From: Gemmatimonadota bacterium
GTDB lineage: Bacteria; Gemmatimonadota; Gemmatimonadetes; Palauibacterales; Palauibacteraceae
Assembly (NCBI GenBank): GCA_965200165.1
Contig: OZ241352.1
Location: forward strand, 2,308,756-2,372,755
Reading direction: 5' to 3'
Length of the DNA stretch: 64,000 nt
Shown here: piece after piece, positions 19,342 through 27,805 of the stretch
How positions within the stretch are numbered: position 1 is the stretch's first letter
Layout: the number at the start of each line of letters is the position of its first letter
The notes under the pieces: generated by a model
The model's database searches: none
Told to the model about the DNA's origin: nothing
What the model saw: the letters and a program-made list of their open reading frames with translations, nothing else
Program-made: the position numbers and the translations under genes

Positions 19342-22293
19342 ATGGCCGTCCGCATGAAACGGAGGACCGGCGTCAACAGGGCGCGGGTGCAGGAGCTGGA
19401 GCGGCGTGTTAGTGCGGCCCGCCGCGAAACCGAGGCACGCGGCGAGACATTCTATGAGGGCCCGAGCAGAGCGCATCTGGCCTCGTTCCCGCCCCGAGAG
19501 CGTTGGGATGATTGGATTGAGCTGGATTCGCGGGCCTGGCCGGAGCGTCGCGAACGCAGATATACCTTGGTGCCAACCACATGTTTCAACTGCGAATCCG
19601 CTTGTGGGCTCCTCGCATACGTGGACAAGGATACCTACGAGGTAGCCAAATTCGAAGGGAACCCGGAGCATCCCGGTTCCCGCGGGCGCAACTGTGCCAA
19701 GGGACCGGCCACCCTAAATCAGGTGGTGGATCCAGATCGTATCCTCTACCCGCTCAAGCGGGCCGGCAAAAGGGGAGAGGGCCGGTGGCAACGTGTGTCC
19801 TGGGGGGAAGCCCTTGAGGACATTGCGGGCCGTATTCGCAACGCGATCGACGAGAAACGTCACGACGAGATCATGTACCACGTGGGCCGCCCCGGCGAAG
19901 ACGGTTTCACCGAACGCATTCTGGCGTCCTGGGGAGTCGACGGACACAACTCGCACACCAACATCTGCTCGGCAGGGGCACGCGCCGGCTACCAATTCTG
20001 GCTCGGTATGGACCGTCCCAGCCCCGACCACGCCCGCGCGCAGGTCATCCTCCTTGTCAGTTCTCATCTGGAGGCGGGTCACTACTTCAACCCGCACGCC
20101 CAGAGGGTGATCGAGGGTGTCAAGGACGGCGCCAAGCTCATCGTCTTCGACACCCGTCTCTCCAATACTGCTACACACGCGGACTACTGGTTGCCGACAC
20201 AGCCCGGGTCCGAGGCCGCAGTTCTCCTCGCCATCGCGAACCACCTGATCGCAACGGGTGCGTGGGACCGCGACTTCGTCCGGCGGTGGTTCAACTGGGA
20301 GGAGTATCTCTCCGTCGAGAGACCAGACGAGCCGTGGACCTTCGAGTCGTTCGAGAACGCCCTCAAGGAGCTATATGCACACTGTACATGGGAGTGGGCG
20401 GCCGAAGAATCCGGTGTGGATGCCCGTACTCTCCGGGAGGTAGGCGAGGTCGTGGCCCGAGCCGGATCCCGCCTCTCTACACACAACTGGCGCAGCGCAG
20501 CCTCCGGAAATGAAGGGGGTTGGCAGGTAGCGCGAACCCTGTTTTTCCTGAATGCACTTACGGGTTCCGTAGCAACCGAAGGGGGCACGTACCCTAGCAG
20601 CTGGAACAAGTTCATCCCGAAGCCGATTCGTCTCCCCCGGCACCCGGATCAGTGGAACGAACTCACCTGGCCGGAGGAGTATCCTCTGACCATGTACGAG
20701 ACCTCCTTCCTCCTGCCGCACTTCCTGGCGGAGGGCCGGGGTCGTCTGGATGTCTACTTCACTCGGGTCTACAACCCGGTGTGGACCAATCCCGATGGTT
20801 TTACGTGGATGGAGGTGTTGAGGGACGAGGACAAGGTGGGGCTTCATGTGGCCCTTACTCCGACCTGGAACGAGACCGCCTATTTCGCGGACTACATTCT
20901 GCCGATGGGACACGGGCCTGAGCGTCACGATCTCCATTCCTACGAGACGCACGACGGCCAGTGGGTGGCTTTCAGACAGCCGGTGTTGCGTGCGGCCCGG
21001 GAGCGAGCGAGTGAGAGGGTTGCCGACACCCGCCACACGAATCCGGGAGAGGTGTGGGAGGAAAACGAGTTCTGGTTGGAACTCTCTTGGCGCATCGACC
21101 CCGATGGCTCACGCGGGATCCGCGACTTCGTGGCGTCAGAGAAGGACCCGGAGCAGCGCCTGTCGACCGACGAGTACTACAGCTGGATATTCGAGCACGC
21201 CGTGCCTGGTCTTCCCGAAAGGGCCGCAAAGGACGGCAAAAGCCCGATGGAATACATGCGGAGCGTTGGCGCTTTTGAGATCGAACGGGACATCGGTCCC
21301 CTTTACGAACAAAAGGTGTCGGCGGAAGAGCTCATCGACACAGGCGAGACCGAGCTCGGACGCGTGTACTCGAGGGCCCCGAAGCCAGCCGTCGTAAACC
21401 TTTCCCCCGTTGGGATGCCGGATGCGGACTCCGAGGGTCGGCGTCCGGTGGGAGTCCGTGTGGACGGGGAGATCTTGCGTGGATTTCCGACGCCCAGCGG
21501 CAAGCTGGAATTCTGGTCCTCCACCTTGGCCAGTTGGGGATGGCCTGAATACGCGATCCCCACCTACATCCGGAGTCACGTCCACCCCGAGGTGATGGAC
21601 TCGGATCAGATGTGCCTCATCTCCACGTTCCGATTGCCGGTGCAGATTCATACCCGCTCGGCTAACGCCAAGTGGTTGGATGAGATAGCCCATACGAACC
21701 CGTTGTGGTTGCACCCGAAGGACGCGCGCCGTCTAGACGTGGGGACGGGCGACCTCGTGCGCGTGGAGACCGAAATCGGACACTTCGTTCTGAAGGCATG
21801 GGTGACGGAGGGGATCCGGCCGGGGGTTGTCGCCTGCAGCCATCACATGGGGCGTTGGAAGCTCAGAGACGGTGGTCCTGAAGAGGGTCAGCGGCAGCTG
21901 ATGGCGACGGTGGACATATCCAAGCGCAGTGGCGCGTGGAACTTGCAGCGAGAGAGTGGTGCGAGCCCATACAAGTCCGCGGATCCCGACACCAGTAGGA
22001 TCTGGTGGCAGGATGTTGGTGTACACCAGAATCTTACCTTCCCGGTGCACCCCGACCCGATCTCAGGTATGCACTGCTGGCATCAGGCTGTGAGGGTGTT
22101 GAAGGCGAAGCCCGGCGACCGCTACGGAGATATACGTGTTGACCCCGAGGAGGCGCGACGAGTGTACCTTGAGTGGCTGGAGAAGACACGGGGGGCCAAG
22201 AGACACTCTCCCGACGGTACGCGCCGACCACATTGGTTGATCCGCCCCCTGAGACCTCAGCGATCCGCTTACGAACTCCCACAGTCAGGATAA
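19342..22293 (+). CDS. Mo/W-bis(pyranopterin guanine dinucleotide) oxidoreductase catalytic subunit (Psr/Phs/Ttr/Soe-like clade), apparently cytoplasmic
   Basis: 983 aa, ATG one nt after the upstream stop. FS0 motif CFNCESACGL..NPEHPGSRGRNCAKG. Candidate Mo-ligand region HTNICSAGARAGY. The first ~80 aa are highly charged with no hydrophobic h-region, so there is no Tat signal. Confidence 0.9.
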   Translation: MAVRMKRRTGVNRARVQELERRVSAARRETEARGETFYEGPSRAHLASFPPRERWDDWIELDSRAWPERRERRYTLVPTTCFNCESACGLLAYVDKDTYEVAKFEGNPEHPGSRGRNCAKGPATLNQVVDPDRILYPLKRAGKRGEGRWQRVSWGEALEDIAGRIRNAIDEKRHDEIMYHVGRPGEDGFTERILASWGVDGHNSHTNICSAGARAGYQFWLGMDRPSPDHARAQVILLVSSHLEAGHYFNPHAQRVIEGVKDGAKLIVFDTRLSNTATHADYWLPTQPGSEAAVLLAIANHLIATGAWDRDFVRRWFNWEEYLSVERPDEPWTFESFENALKELYAHCTWEWAAEESGVDARTLREVGEVVARAGSRLSTHNWRSAASGNEGGWQVARTLFFLNALTGSVATEGGTYPSSWNKFIPKPIRLPRHPDQWNELTWPEEYPLTMYETSFLLPHFLAEGRGRLDVYFTRVYNPVWTNPDGFTWMEVLRDEDKVGLHVALTPTWNETAYFADYILPMGHGPERHDLHSYETHDGQWVAFRQPVLRAARERASERVADTRHTNPGEVWEENEFWLELSWRIDPDGSRGIRDFVASEKDPEQRLSTDEYYSWIFEHAVPGLPERAAKDGKSPMEYMRSVGAFEIERDIGPLYEQKVSAEELIDTGETELGRVYSRAPKPAVVNLSPVGMPDADSEGRRPVGVRVDGEILRGFPTPSGKLEFWSSTLASWGWPEYAIPTYIRSHVHPEVMDSDQMCLISTFRLPVQIHTRSANAKWLDEIAHTNPLWLHPKDARRLDVGTGDLVRVETEIGHFVLKAWVTEGIRPGVVACSHHMGRWKLRDGGPEEGQRQLMATVDISKRSGAWNLQRESGASPYKSADPDTSRIWWQDVGVHQNLTFPVHPDPISGMHCWHQAVRVLKAKPGDRYGDIRVDPEEARRVYLEWLEKTRGAKRHSPDGTRRPHWLIRPLRPQRSAYELPQSG

Positions 22294-22304
22294 ATCCCAA
22301 GCCA

Positions 22305-23192
22305 GTGGAACTTTTCCGCGCTCTCGGAGTGCTACTCGAACCCCCCAACTCGACGAGTTGGCGTATAGGACAGGTGCTCCAGATGGGGACACCGCCGGCT
22401 GAGCCGGAGCACAACGAGCTCTTCCTGCTACAGCTTTATCCCTATGCATCCGTATTTCTGGGGAAAGACGGTACCCTGGGCGGGGATCCGCTCAGTCGAA
22501 TTGCCGACTGGTGGCGGGTTATGGACGTAGAGCTTCCTGGGGAACCAGACCATCTGGGCACCCTGCTTTCGGCCTACGCGGAGTTGGCGGACCGTGAAAT
22601 CGATGCCGAGACAGCGCCGTGCGAACGAAGTCCGGCTACATGGCGTGCTGTCCGCCGAGCTCTGCTGTGGGAGCACATGTTGCCGTGGATACCGGTTTTC
22701 ACGGCCAAGCTCAGGCACATCGCCCCCCCGTTCTACCAGAGTTGGGCCGACATGCTCGACGCGGCATTGGCGAGCGAGGTTGAACGCCTCGGGATGGGGC
22801 GGCAGCTGCCGCTGGCTCTGCGGGAGGCGGGGGCCGTCGCGGATCCTCGCGTTGTCGGGGGAGAAGAGTTCGTCGGTGCCCTCCTCAGTCCCGTGCGGAG
22901 CGGATTGGTCTTGACTCGGTCGGACCTCGCGTGGGCCGCTAGGGATTTGGGAATCGGACTCCGCGTCGGTGAACGCCGGTTCATCCTCCGTTCGATGCTC
23001 GCGCAGGACGCGGTGGCGACCCTTGAGTGGGTGGAGAACGAAGCGCGCGCCTGGAGAACGCTGCACCGCACGTGGATGGATATAGCCCCTCGATTGTCGC
23101 ACTTTTGGGCAGAGCGAGCCGGTGAGACGGGGCGGTTGGTGGCCGAGTTGGTGGACGATATCGAGACTGGGACGTCCGACGTTCTTGACTGA
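22305..23192 (+). CDS. TorD/DmsD-family redox enzyme maturation chaperone with ~130-aa C-terminal extension
   Basis: ORF 22173..23192 overlaps the catalytic gene. GTG 22305 (VELFRALGVLLEPP) is the first start after its stop; the alternative is ATG 22383. LYPYASVFLG, PDHLGTLLSAYAELA, LLWEHMLPWIPVF and PFYQSWADML match the TorD/DmsD pattern. Confidence 0.7.
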   Translation: MELFRALGVLLEPPNSTSWRIGQVLQMGTPPAEPEHNELFLLQLYPYASVFLGKDGTLGGDPLSRIADWWRVMDVELPGEPDHLGTLLSAYAELADREIDAETAPCERSPATWRAVRRALLWEHMLPWIPVFTAKLRHIAPPFYQSWADMLDAALASEVERLGMGRQLPLALREAGAVADPRVVGGEEFVGALLSPVRSGLVLTRSDLAWAARDLGIGLRVGERRFILRSMLAQDAVATLEWVENEARAWRTLHRTWMDIAPRLSHFWAERAGETGRLVAELVDDIETGTSDVLD

Positions 23193-23202
23193 CAAACGTG
23201 GA

Positions 23203-24411
23203 GTGACCGACAAGCGTTCGGTTCCGCTGGACGCAGCCCGTTTCCGGGTATTCTTCTTGTTGCTGCTGGTGGTTGGCGTGACTCTGCTCTTCGGGCACAT
23301 GGTTCGCCCCTTCCTCATGGCTCTCCTCTTGGCCGCGATCTTCAGCGGTGTGCTCTACCCCGTTCACGAACGGATCTCCAAGGCCTTCCGGGGACGGACT
23401 ACGGTGGCTGCGATGTGTACCTTGCTTGCCTTCGCCATCCTTCTGATCGCCCCCACCGTGGCGTTTCTGGGGGTGGTCATGGGGCAGGCCGTTCACGTCA
23501 CCCAGGCAGCCGGGCCCGCGATCTCCGCCTTCCAGGAGCAGTTGAGACAGCCGGGGGCACTAGACCGCTTGCTCGAAGGCATCCCCTTCATGGACCAGAT
23601 CCGTCCATGGGAGGGACAAATCGTGCAGAAGGCCGGTGAACTGGCGGCCGGACTCGGGGGCTTTGTGGTGCGGGGAATCGGCGACCTTTCTGCCGCGACG
23701 ATGCGTCTCGCGGTTCTCGCGTTTGTTACCCCCTACGCGATGTTCTACTTCCTCACCAAGGGGCCGAAGCTCCTGGATACGGTGCTTCACTACATACCCC
23801 TATCAGACGCCGATGAACGACGCCTCTTGACGCGATTTGTGTCGGTTACGCGCGCCATGGTAAAGGGGACATTTTTGATTGGCATCCTGCAGGGTGCACT
23901 TGCGGGCCTGGCATTCATGGCCGTCGGCATCCCGTCCGCTGCCTTTTGGGGCACGGTCATGGCTGTCCTCTGCATCGTGCCGGTGCTGGGTTCGGCATTG
24001 GTGTGGATACCCGCGTCGATCTACCTCCTTGTCACGGGTGAGACGGTGGCGGGGGTCGGGTTGATCTTGTGGTGCGGGTTGGTGGTTGGGACGATGGACA
24101 ACTTCTTGCGGCCGTTTCTGGTCGGTCGTGACACCGAAATGCCGGACCTCATGATCCTCCTCGGAACCCTCGGGGGGCTCGGTGTGTTCGGGGTTGCGGG
24201 GATCATAATCGGGCCGATCGTGGCCGCAGTCTTCATCACCGTTTGGGAACTCTACGGCGAGTCTTTCGGCGACCTCCTGCCAGCCCCTGCATCCGGACCA
24301 ACGACAGAAGTCGAGTTTAGCCCTGCCGGAGGGGCGGAATCCGGGAGTGATGGTGGCGGGCGGCCCGAACCGGACATGTCTACAGCCGAAGCCGATTCAA
24401 GGGAAGAATGA
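23203..24411 (+). CDS. AI-2E family transporter (PerM/UPF0118)
   Basis: ORF 23122..24411 with start moved to GTG 23203, after the upstream stop. Multiple TM helices. FLTKGPKLLD, VTRAMVKGTFLIGILQGALAG and NFLRPFLVGRDTEMP are typical of the family. Confidence 0.8.
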   Translation: MTDKRSVPLDAARFRVFFLLLLVVGVTLLFGHMVRPFLMALLLAAIFSGVLYPVHERISKAFRGRTTVAAMCTLLAFAILLIAPTVAFLGVVMGQAVHVTQAAGPAISAFQEQLRQPGALDRLLEGIPFMDQIRPWEGQIVQKAGELAAGLGGFVVRGIGDLSAATMRLAVLAFVTPYAMFYFLTKGPKLLDTVLHYIPLSDADERRLLTRFVSVTRAMVKGTFLIGILQGALAGLAFMAVGIPSAAFWGTVMAVLCIVPVLGSALVWIPASIYLLVTGETVAGVGLILWCGLVVGTMDNFLRPFLVGRDTEMPDLMILLGTLGGLGVFGVAGIIIGPIVAAVFITVWELYGESFGDLLPAPASGPTTEVEFSPAGGAESGSDGGGRPEPDMSTAEADSREE

Positions 24412-27400
24412 CCTCAATAGCAAAAAGTCGATACATGAACGCGATCGCCGGTTTGACACTTGCAACGTCCATCCTGGCGGGACTGGCTTGGCCGGTGGCG
24501 GCGCAAGGGACCCCGGAGCAAGAGTCCGGTGAACAGGAATACCCGGGGGAGACCCTTATCGAGGCCCTTGAGTGGCGTTCCATAGGACCCGCCAACATGT
24601 CCGGCCGCGTCACGGACGTGGAGGGCATTCCAGGAACGCCCGTCTTCTACATTGCCACGGCAACCGGGGGTATCTGGAAGACGACCAACCACGGCATCAC
24701 GTTCCGATCCCTGTTCACTGAGGAGCGGGTGGTCTCGATGGGGGACATCGCCATCTCTCCGAGCGACACCAGCATCGTTTGGGCGGGGACGGGGGAAGAG
24801 GACTCTCGGAATTCGATTTCGCCCGGGGGCGGCGTGTACAAATCCGAGGATGGCGGGATCACGTGGGAGCTAATGGGTCTCGAGGAGACGCAGGCAGTCG
24901 GCCGTATCGTGGTTCATCCGACGGATCCCGATCTCGTCTACGTCGCGGCACTCGGTCACATATGGAATGCCAACGAGGAACGCGGCCTCTATCGAACGCA
25001 AGACGGAGGCGAGACGTGGGAGAGGATTCTCCACGTATCCGACAAGGCGGGGTTCGTCGATATCGCTATGCACCCGAACGACCCCGCAGTGCTGTTCGCT
25101 TCCAGCTGGGAGAGGGTGCGAGGCCCGTGGTTTTTGCAGAGCGGGGGCCCTGGCAGCGGCATTTGGCGATCCGAGGACGGTGGTGATTCTTGGACCAGGT
25201 TGGGGGGCGGCGGCCTCCCGGAAACCGAAATGGGGCGGGTAGGGCTGGCCATCGCGCACTCCGATCCGTCGATCATGTATGCTCTGATCGAAGCGGCCGA
25301 CCCCGAGGAACCGGAGGAACCCGAGGAAGACGACCCGGAGGAGGACGACGCGGAGGAAGACGACTCGGACAACCCTGAGACCGAGGAAGACCAAAGTGGG
25401 GATGGCCAACGCGGCTCAGGGCTTTACAGGTCGGAGGATGGGGGAAGTACCTGGAGGTGGATGAACGGGAGCAACACCAGACCGTTCTACTACTCCCAGG
25501 TACGTGTGGACCCGTCCGATCCTGATTTCGTCATATGGTCATCTACTCCGGTGCGGCTCTCGAAGGACGGGGGCCAGACCATCGGTCAGACGACGCTTGG
25601 GCTACATGTCGATCATCATGCTCTCTGGTGGGATGTCACCAATCCCAACTACATGGTGGTTGGGAACGACGGTGGGATCGGCATCACATGGGACAAGGGT
25701 GGTAACTGGGATTTCCCTAACCCCATGGCACTCGGCCAGTTCTACGCCGTGTCCTACAACATGGACATCCCTTACCGAGTTTGCGGTGGTTTGCAGGACA
25801 ACGGGACCTGGTGCGGTCCTAGTCGGCGGCGCTCCGGGGGAATCACGAATGCGATGTGGGCCACCGTCAACGGAGGCGATGGGTTCTACGCCCCGCAGGA
25901 TAAAGTCGATCCCGATTTGATGTGGGCGGAATCACAGGGCGGCAATATGGTCCGCCTCAACACCAACAGCGGAAGCCGGCGTGCACTGGCGAAACCCAAT
26001 TGGTCCGAGGGGACTCGCGCACTACGTGATGAGTTGGCCCTTGTGGACCCTGCGGACTCGGCTCGGGCCAACGAACTGGCGGCCCGTATTTCGGCTGATT
26101 CGGCTGCAATGGTTCTGCGTTGGAACTGGAACACGCCTATGGTTGTGTCGAGTCACGATCGGGAAGTGTTTTACGCCGGGGCGAACCGGGTCTTGAAATC
26201 TACCGCACGCGGAGACGATCTCGTGCCCATTTCGCCCGATCTTTCCTATGCGGACAGTCAAAAGATTCGCATCAGCACCGGAACGACGGGCGGCATAACT
26301 CGCGACGTGACAGGGGCAGAGACTTACGCCACGATCACCGCTCTCGCTGAATCGCCGCGGAATGCGGGGTGGTTGTTCGCCGGGACCGACGATGGCCGAG
26401 TGTGGATGACACGCGATGACGCTGGATCGTGGACCGAGCTTACCGGAAGATTCCCAGGGGCTCCCGAGGGCACCTACGTGAGTCGCATCGAGCCTTCTCA
26501 CCACACTGACAGTCGATTCTATGTGACCTTCGACGGCCATCGGTCGGGCGACTTTGCTCCCTATCTGTATGTGACCAACGATGGCGGGGATACCTTCGTT
26601 CGGCTGAAGGAGGGCCTTCCTACAGGGGGCCCAGATTTCATACATGTGGTTCGGGAGGACCCCGTTAACGAGAACCTCTTGTTCGTGGGCACGGACGTCG
26701 GGGTTTACGTGTCACTCGATCGAGGTGCCTTCTGGCACAGGTTCATGAACGGGCTGCCCACGGTTCCGGTGCACGACCTGAAAGTTCATCCGCGAGACAG
26801 GGAGCTTATTGCGGGGACCCACGGACGCTCGGTGTGGATCGTGGACATAGCCCCGCTAGCGCACGTCGCGGGACGAGACATGGATTCGGACATTTGGTTC
26901 GCCGAGCCCCGAGTCGCGCTACAGTTCGGTGACCCCTTCGTGGGTGGGGAGTCGACAGGACACCGTTTCTACAGGGGTGTGCCAAGTCCGTACGGTGCGG
27001 AGTTCATGTTCTATGTGTCGAGGGAAACGGTGTCGACCCTGAGAGATGAGGCGCGCGCGCGGCGAGATTCAATCCAAGCGGCCGCCGAGGCAGCGGGAGA
27101 AGAGGCGCCGCCCAACCGCCCATTCCAGGCGGAGATTGCCGTGATGACGCTCGAGGGAGACACGGTTCAGCATCTCTCGAGTTCGCTCTCCGGTGGCCTC
27201 CGCCGGGTTTACTGGGACTATTCGGTGCGGGTTGAGACGCCTCCCCTGTCGCCTGCCGAACGGCGCGACAGCTTGCGCATCGTTGAAGGAATCCAAGCAG
27301 TTGCGGATTCGTTTGTGGCCGAGGGCGAGGAGCCCGATGCTGTGGAGCGGATCGCTGAGCAGCTCCGCAACACTATTGGGCGCAGGACTCCGTCGGGCCC

Positions 27401-27713
27401 CATCGGCGGTGGGTCGGGGGCGATGACCACAATGGAGTTCAGAGAGCGACCGGGGGAGTCCTACACTGAACGTTCGCGTTCACGGACTCGCCGCCGGCCT
27501 GATCGCGCGAACCGGCCACCATCCCTCAACCGCAGGTTTTCGGACGAGCTAAGGGAACGCGGGTTGATCGGAACAGCCCTTTTTACCCGCCGAAGGAGCG
27601 GTTCCGAGATCGCGGAGCCCGGTCGATACCGTGTGGTGCTACGGATTGGGGCCCTGGAGTTTGAGAGTGAGTTGGAGATTGTCCGCAAACCCGGTTACGT
27701 GCCCAACCCCTGA
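24408..27713 (+). CDS. BNR/Asp-box repeat, sortilin/VPS10-like beta-propeller protein (secreted)
   Basis: ATGA overlap with the AI-2E gene. Signal peptide (AGLTLATSILAGLAWPVAAQG). Repeated Asp-boxes SEDGGITW, TQDGGETW, SEDGGDSW, SEDGGSTW, SKDGGQT and TNDGGDTF. Confidence 0.8.
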   Translation: MTSIAKSRYMNAIAGLTLATSILAGLAWPVAAQGTPEQESGEQEYPGETLIEALEWRSIGPANMSGRVTDVEGIPGTPVFYIATATGGIWKTTNHGITFRSLFTEERVVSMGDIAISPSDTSIVWAGTGEEDSRNSISPGGGVYKSEDGGITWELMGLEETQAVGRIVVHPTDPDLVYVAALGHIWNANEERGLYRTQDGGETWERILHVSDKAGFVDIAMHPNDPAVLFASSWERVRGPWFLQSGGPGSGIWRSEDGGDSWTRLGGGGLPETEMGRVGLAIAHSDPSIMYALIEAADPEEPEEPEEDDPEEDDAEEDDSDNPETEEDQSGDGQRGSGLYRSEDGGSTWRWMNGSNTRPFYYSQVRVDPSDPDFVIWSSTPVRLSKDGGQTIGQTTLGLHVDHHALWWDVTNPNYMVVGNDGGIGITWDKGGNWDFPNPMALGQFYAVSYNMDIPYRVCGGLQDNGTWCGPSRRRSGGITNAMWATVNGGDGFYAPQDKVDPDLMWAESQGGNMVRLNTNSGSRRALAKPNWSEGTRALRDELALVDPADSARANELAARISADSAAMVLRWNWNTPMVVSSHDREVFYAGANRVLKSTARGDDLVPISPDLSYADSQKIRISTGTTGGITRDVTGAETYATITALAESPRNAGWLFAGTDDGRVWMTRDDAGSWTELTGRFPGAPEGTYVSRIEPSHHTDSRFYVTFDGHRSGDFAPYLYVTNDGGDTFVRLKEGLPTGGPDFIHVVREDPVNENLLFVGTDVGVYVSLDRGAFWHRFMNGLPTVPVHDLKVHPRDRELIAGTHGRSVWIVDIAPLAHVAGRDMDSDIWFAEPRVALQFGDPFVGGESTGHRFYRGVPSPYGAEFMFYVSRETVSTLRDEARARRDSIQAAAEAAGEEAPPNRPFQAEIAVMTLEGDTVQHLSSSLSGGLRRVYWDYSVRVETPPLSPAERRDSLRIVEGIQAVADSFVAEGEEPDAVERIAEQLRNTIGRRTPSGPIGGGSGAMTTMEFRERPGESYTERSRSRTRRRPDRANRPPSLNRRFSDELRERGLIGTALFTRRRSGSEIAEPGRYRVVLRIGALEFESELEIVRKPGYVPNP
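25299..25406 (+). repeat. acidic low-complexity insert (GAG/GAC-rich) inside the BNR protein
   Basis: Encodes DPEEPEEPEEDDPEEDDAEEDDSDNPETEEDQSGDG between two Asp-box blades. Confidence 0.8.
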
Positions 27714-27805
27714 CTAGGACTGGGATCTTCCACATATCCTGAGCAGCGGAACTCTCACCGGCCGAGAGGGTAGCATGTTGTAGAGCGGTCAGGAGGGGGG
27801 ATGCC

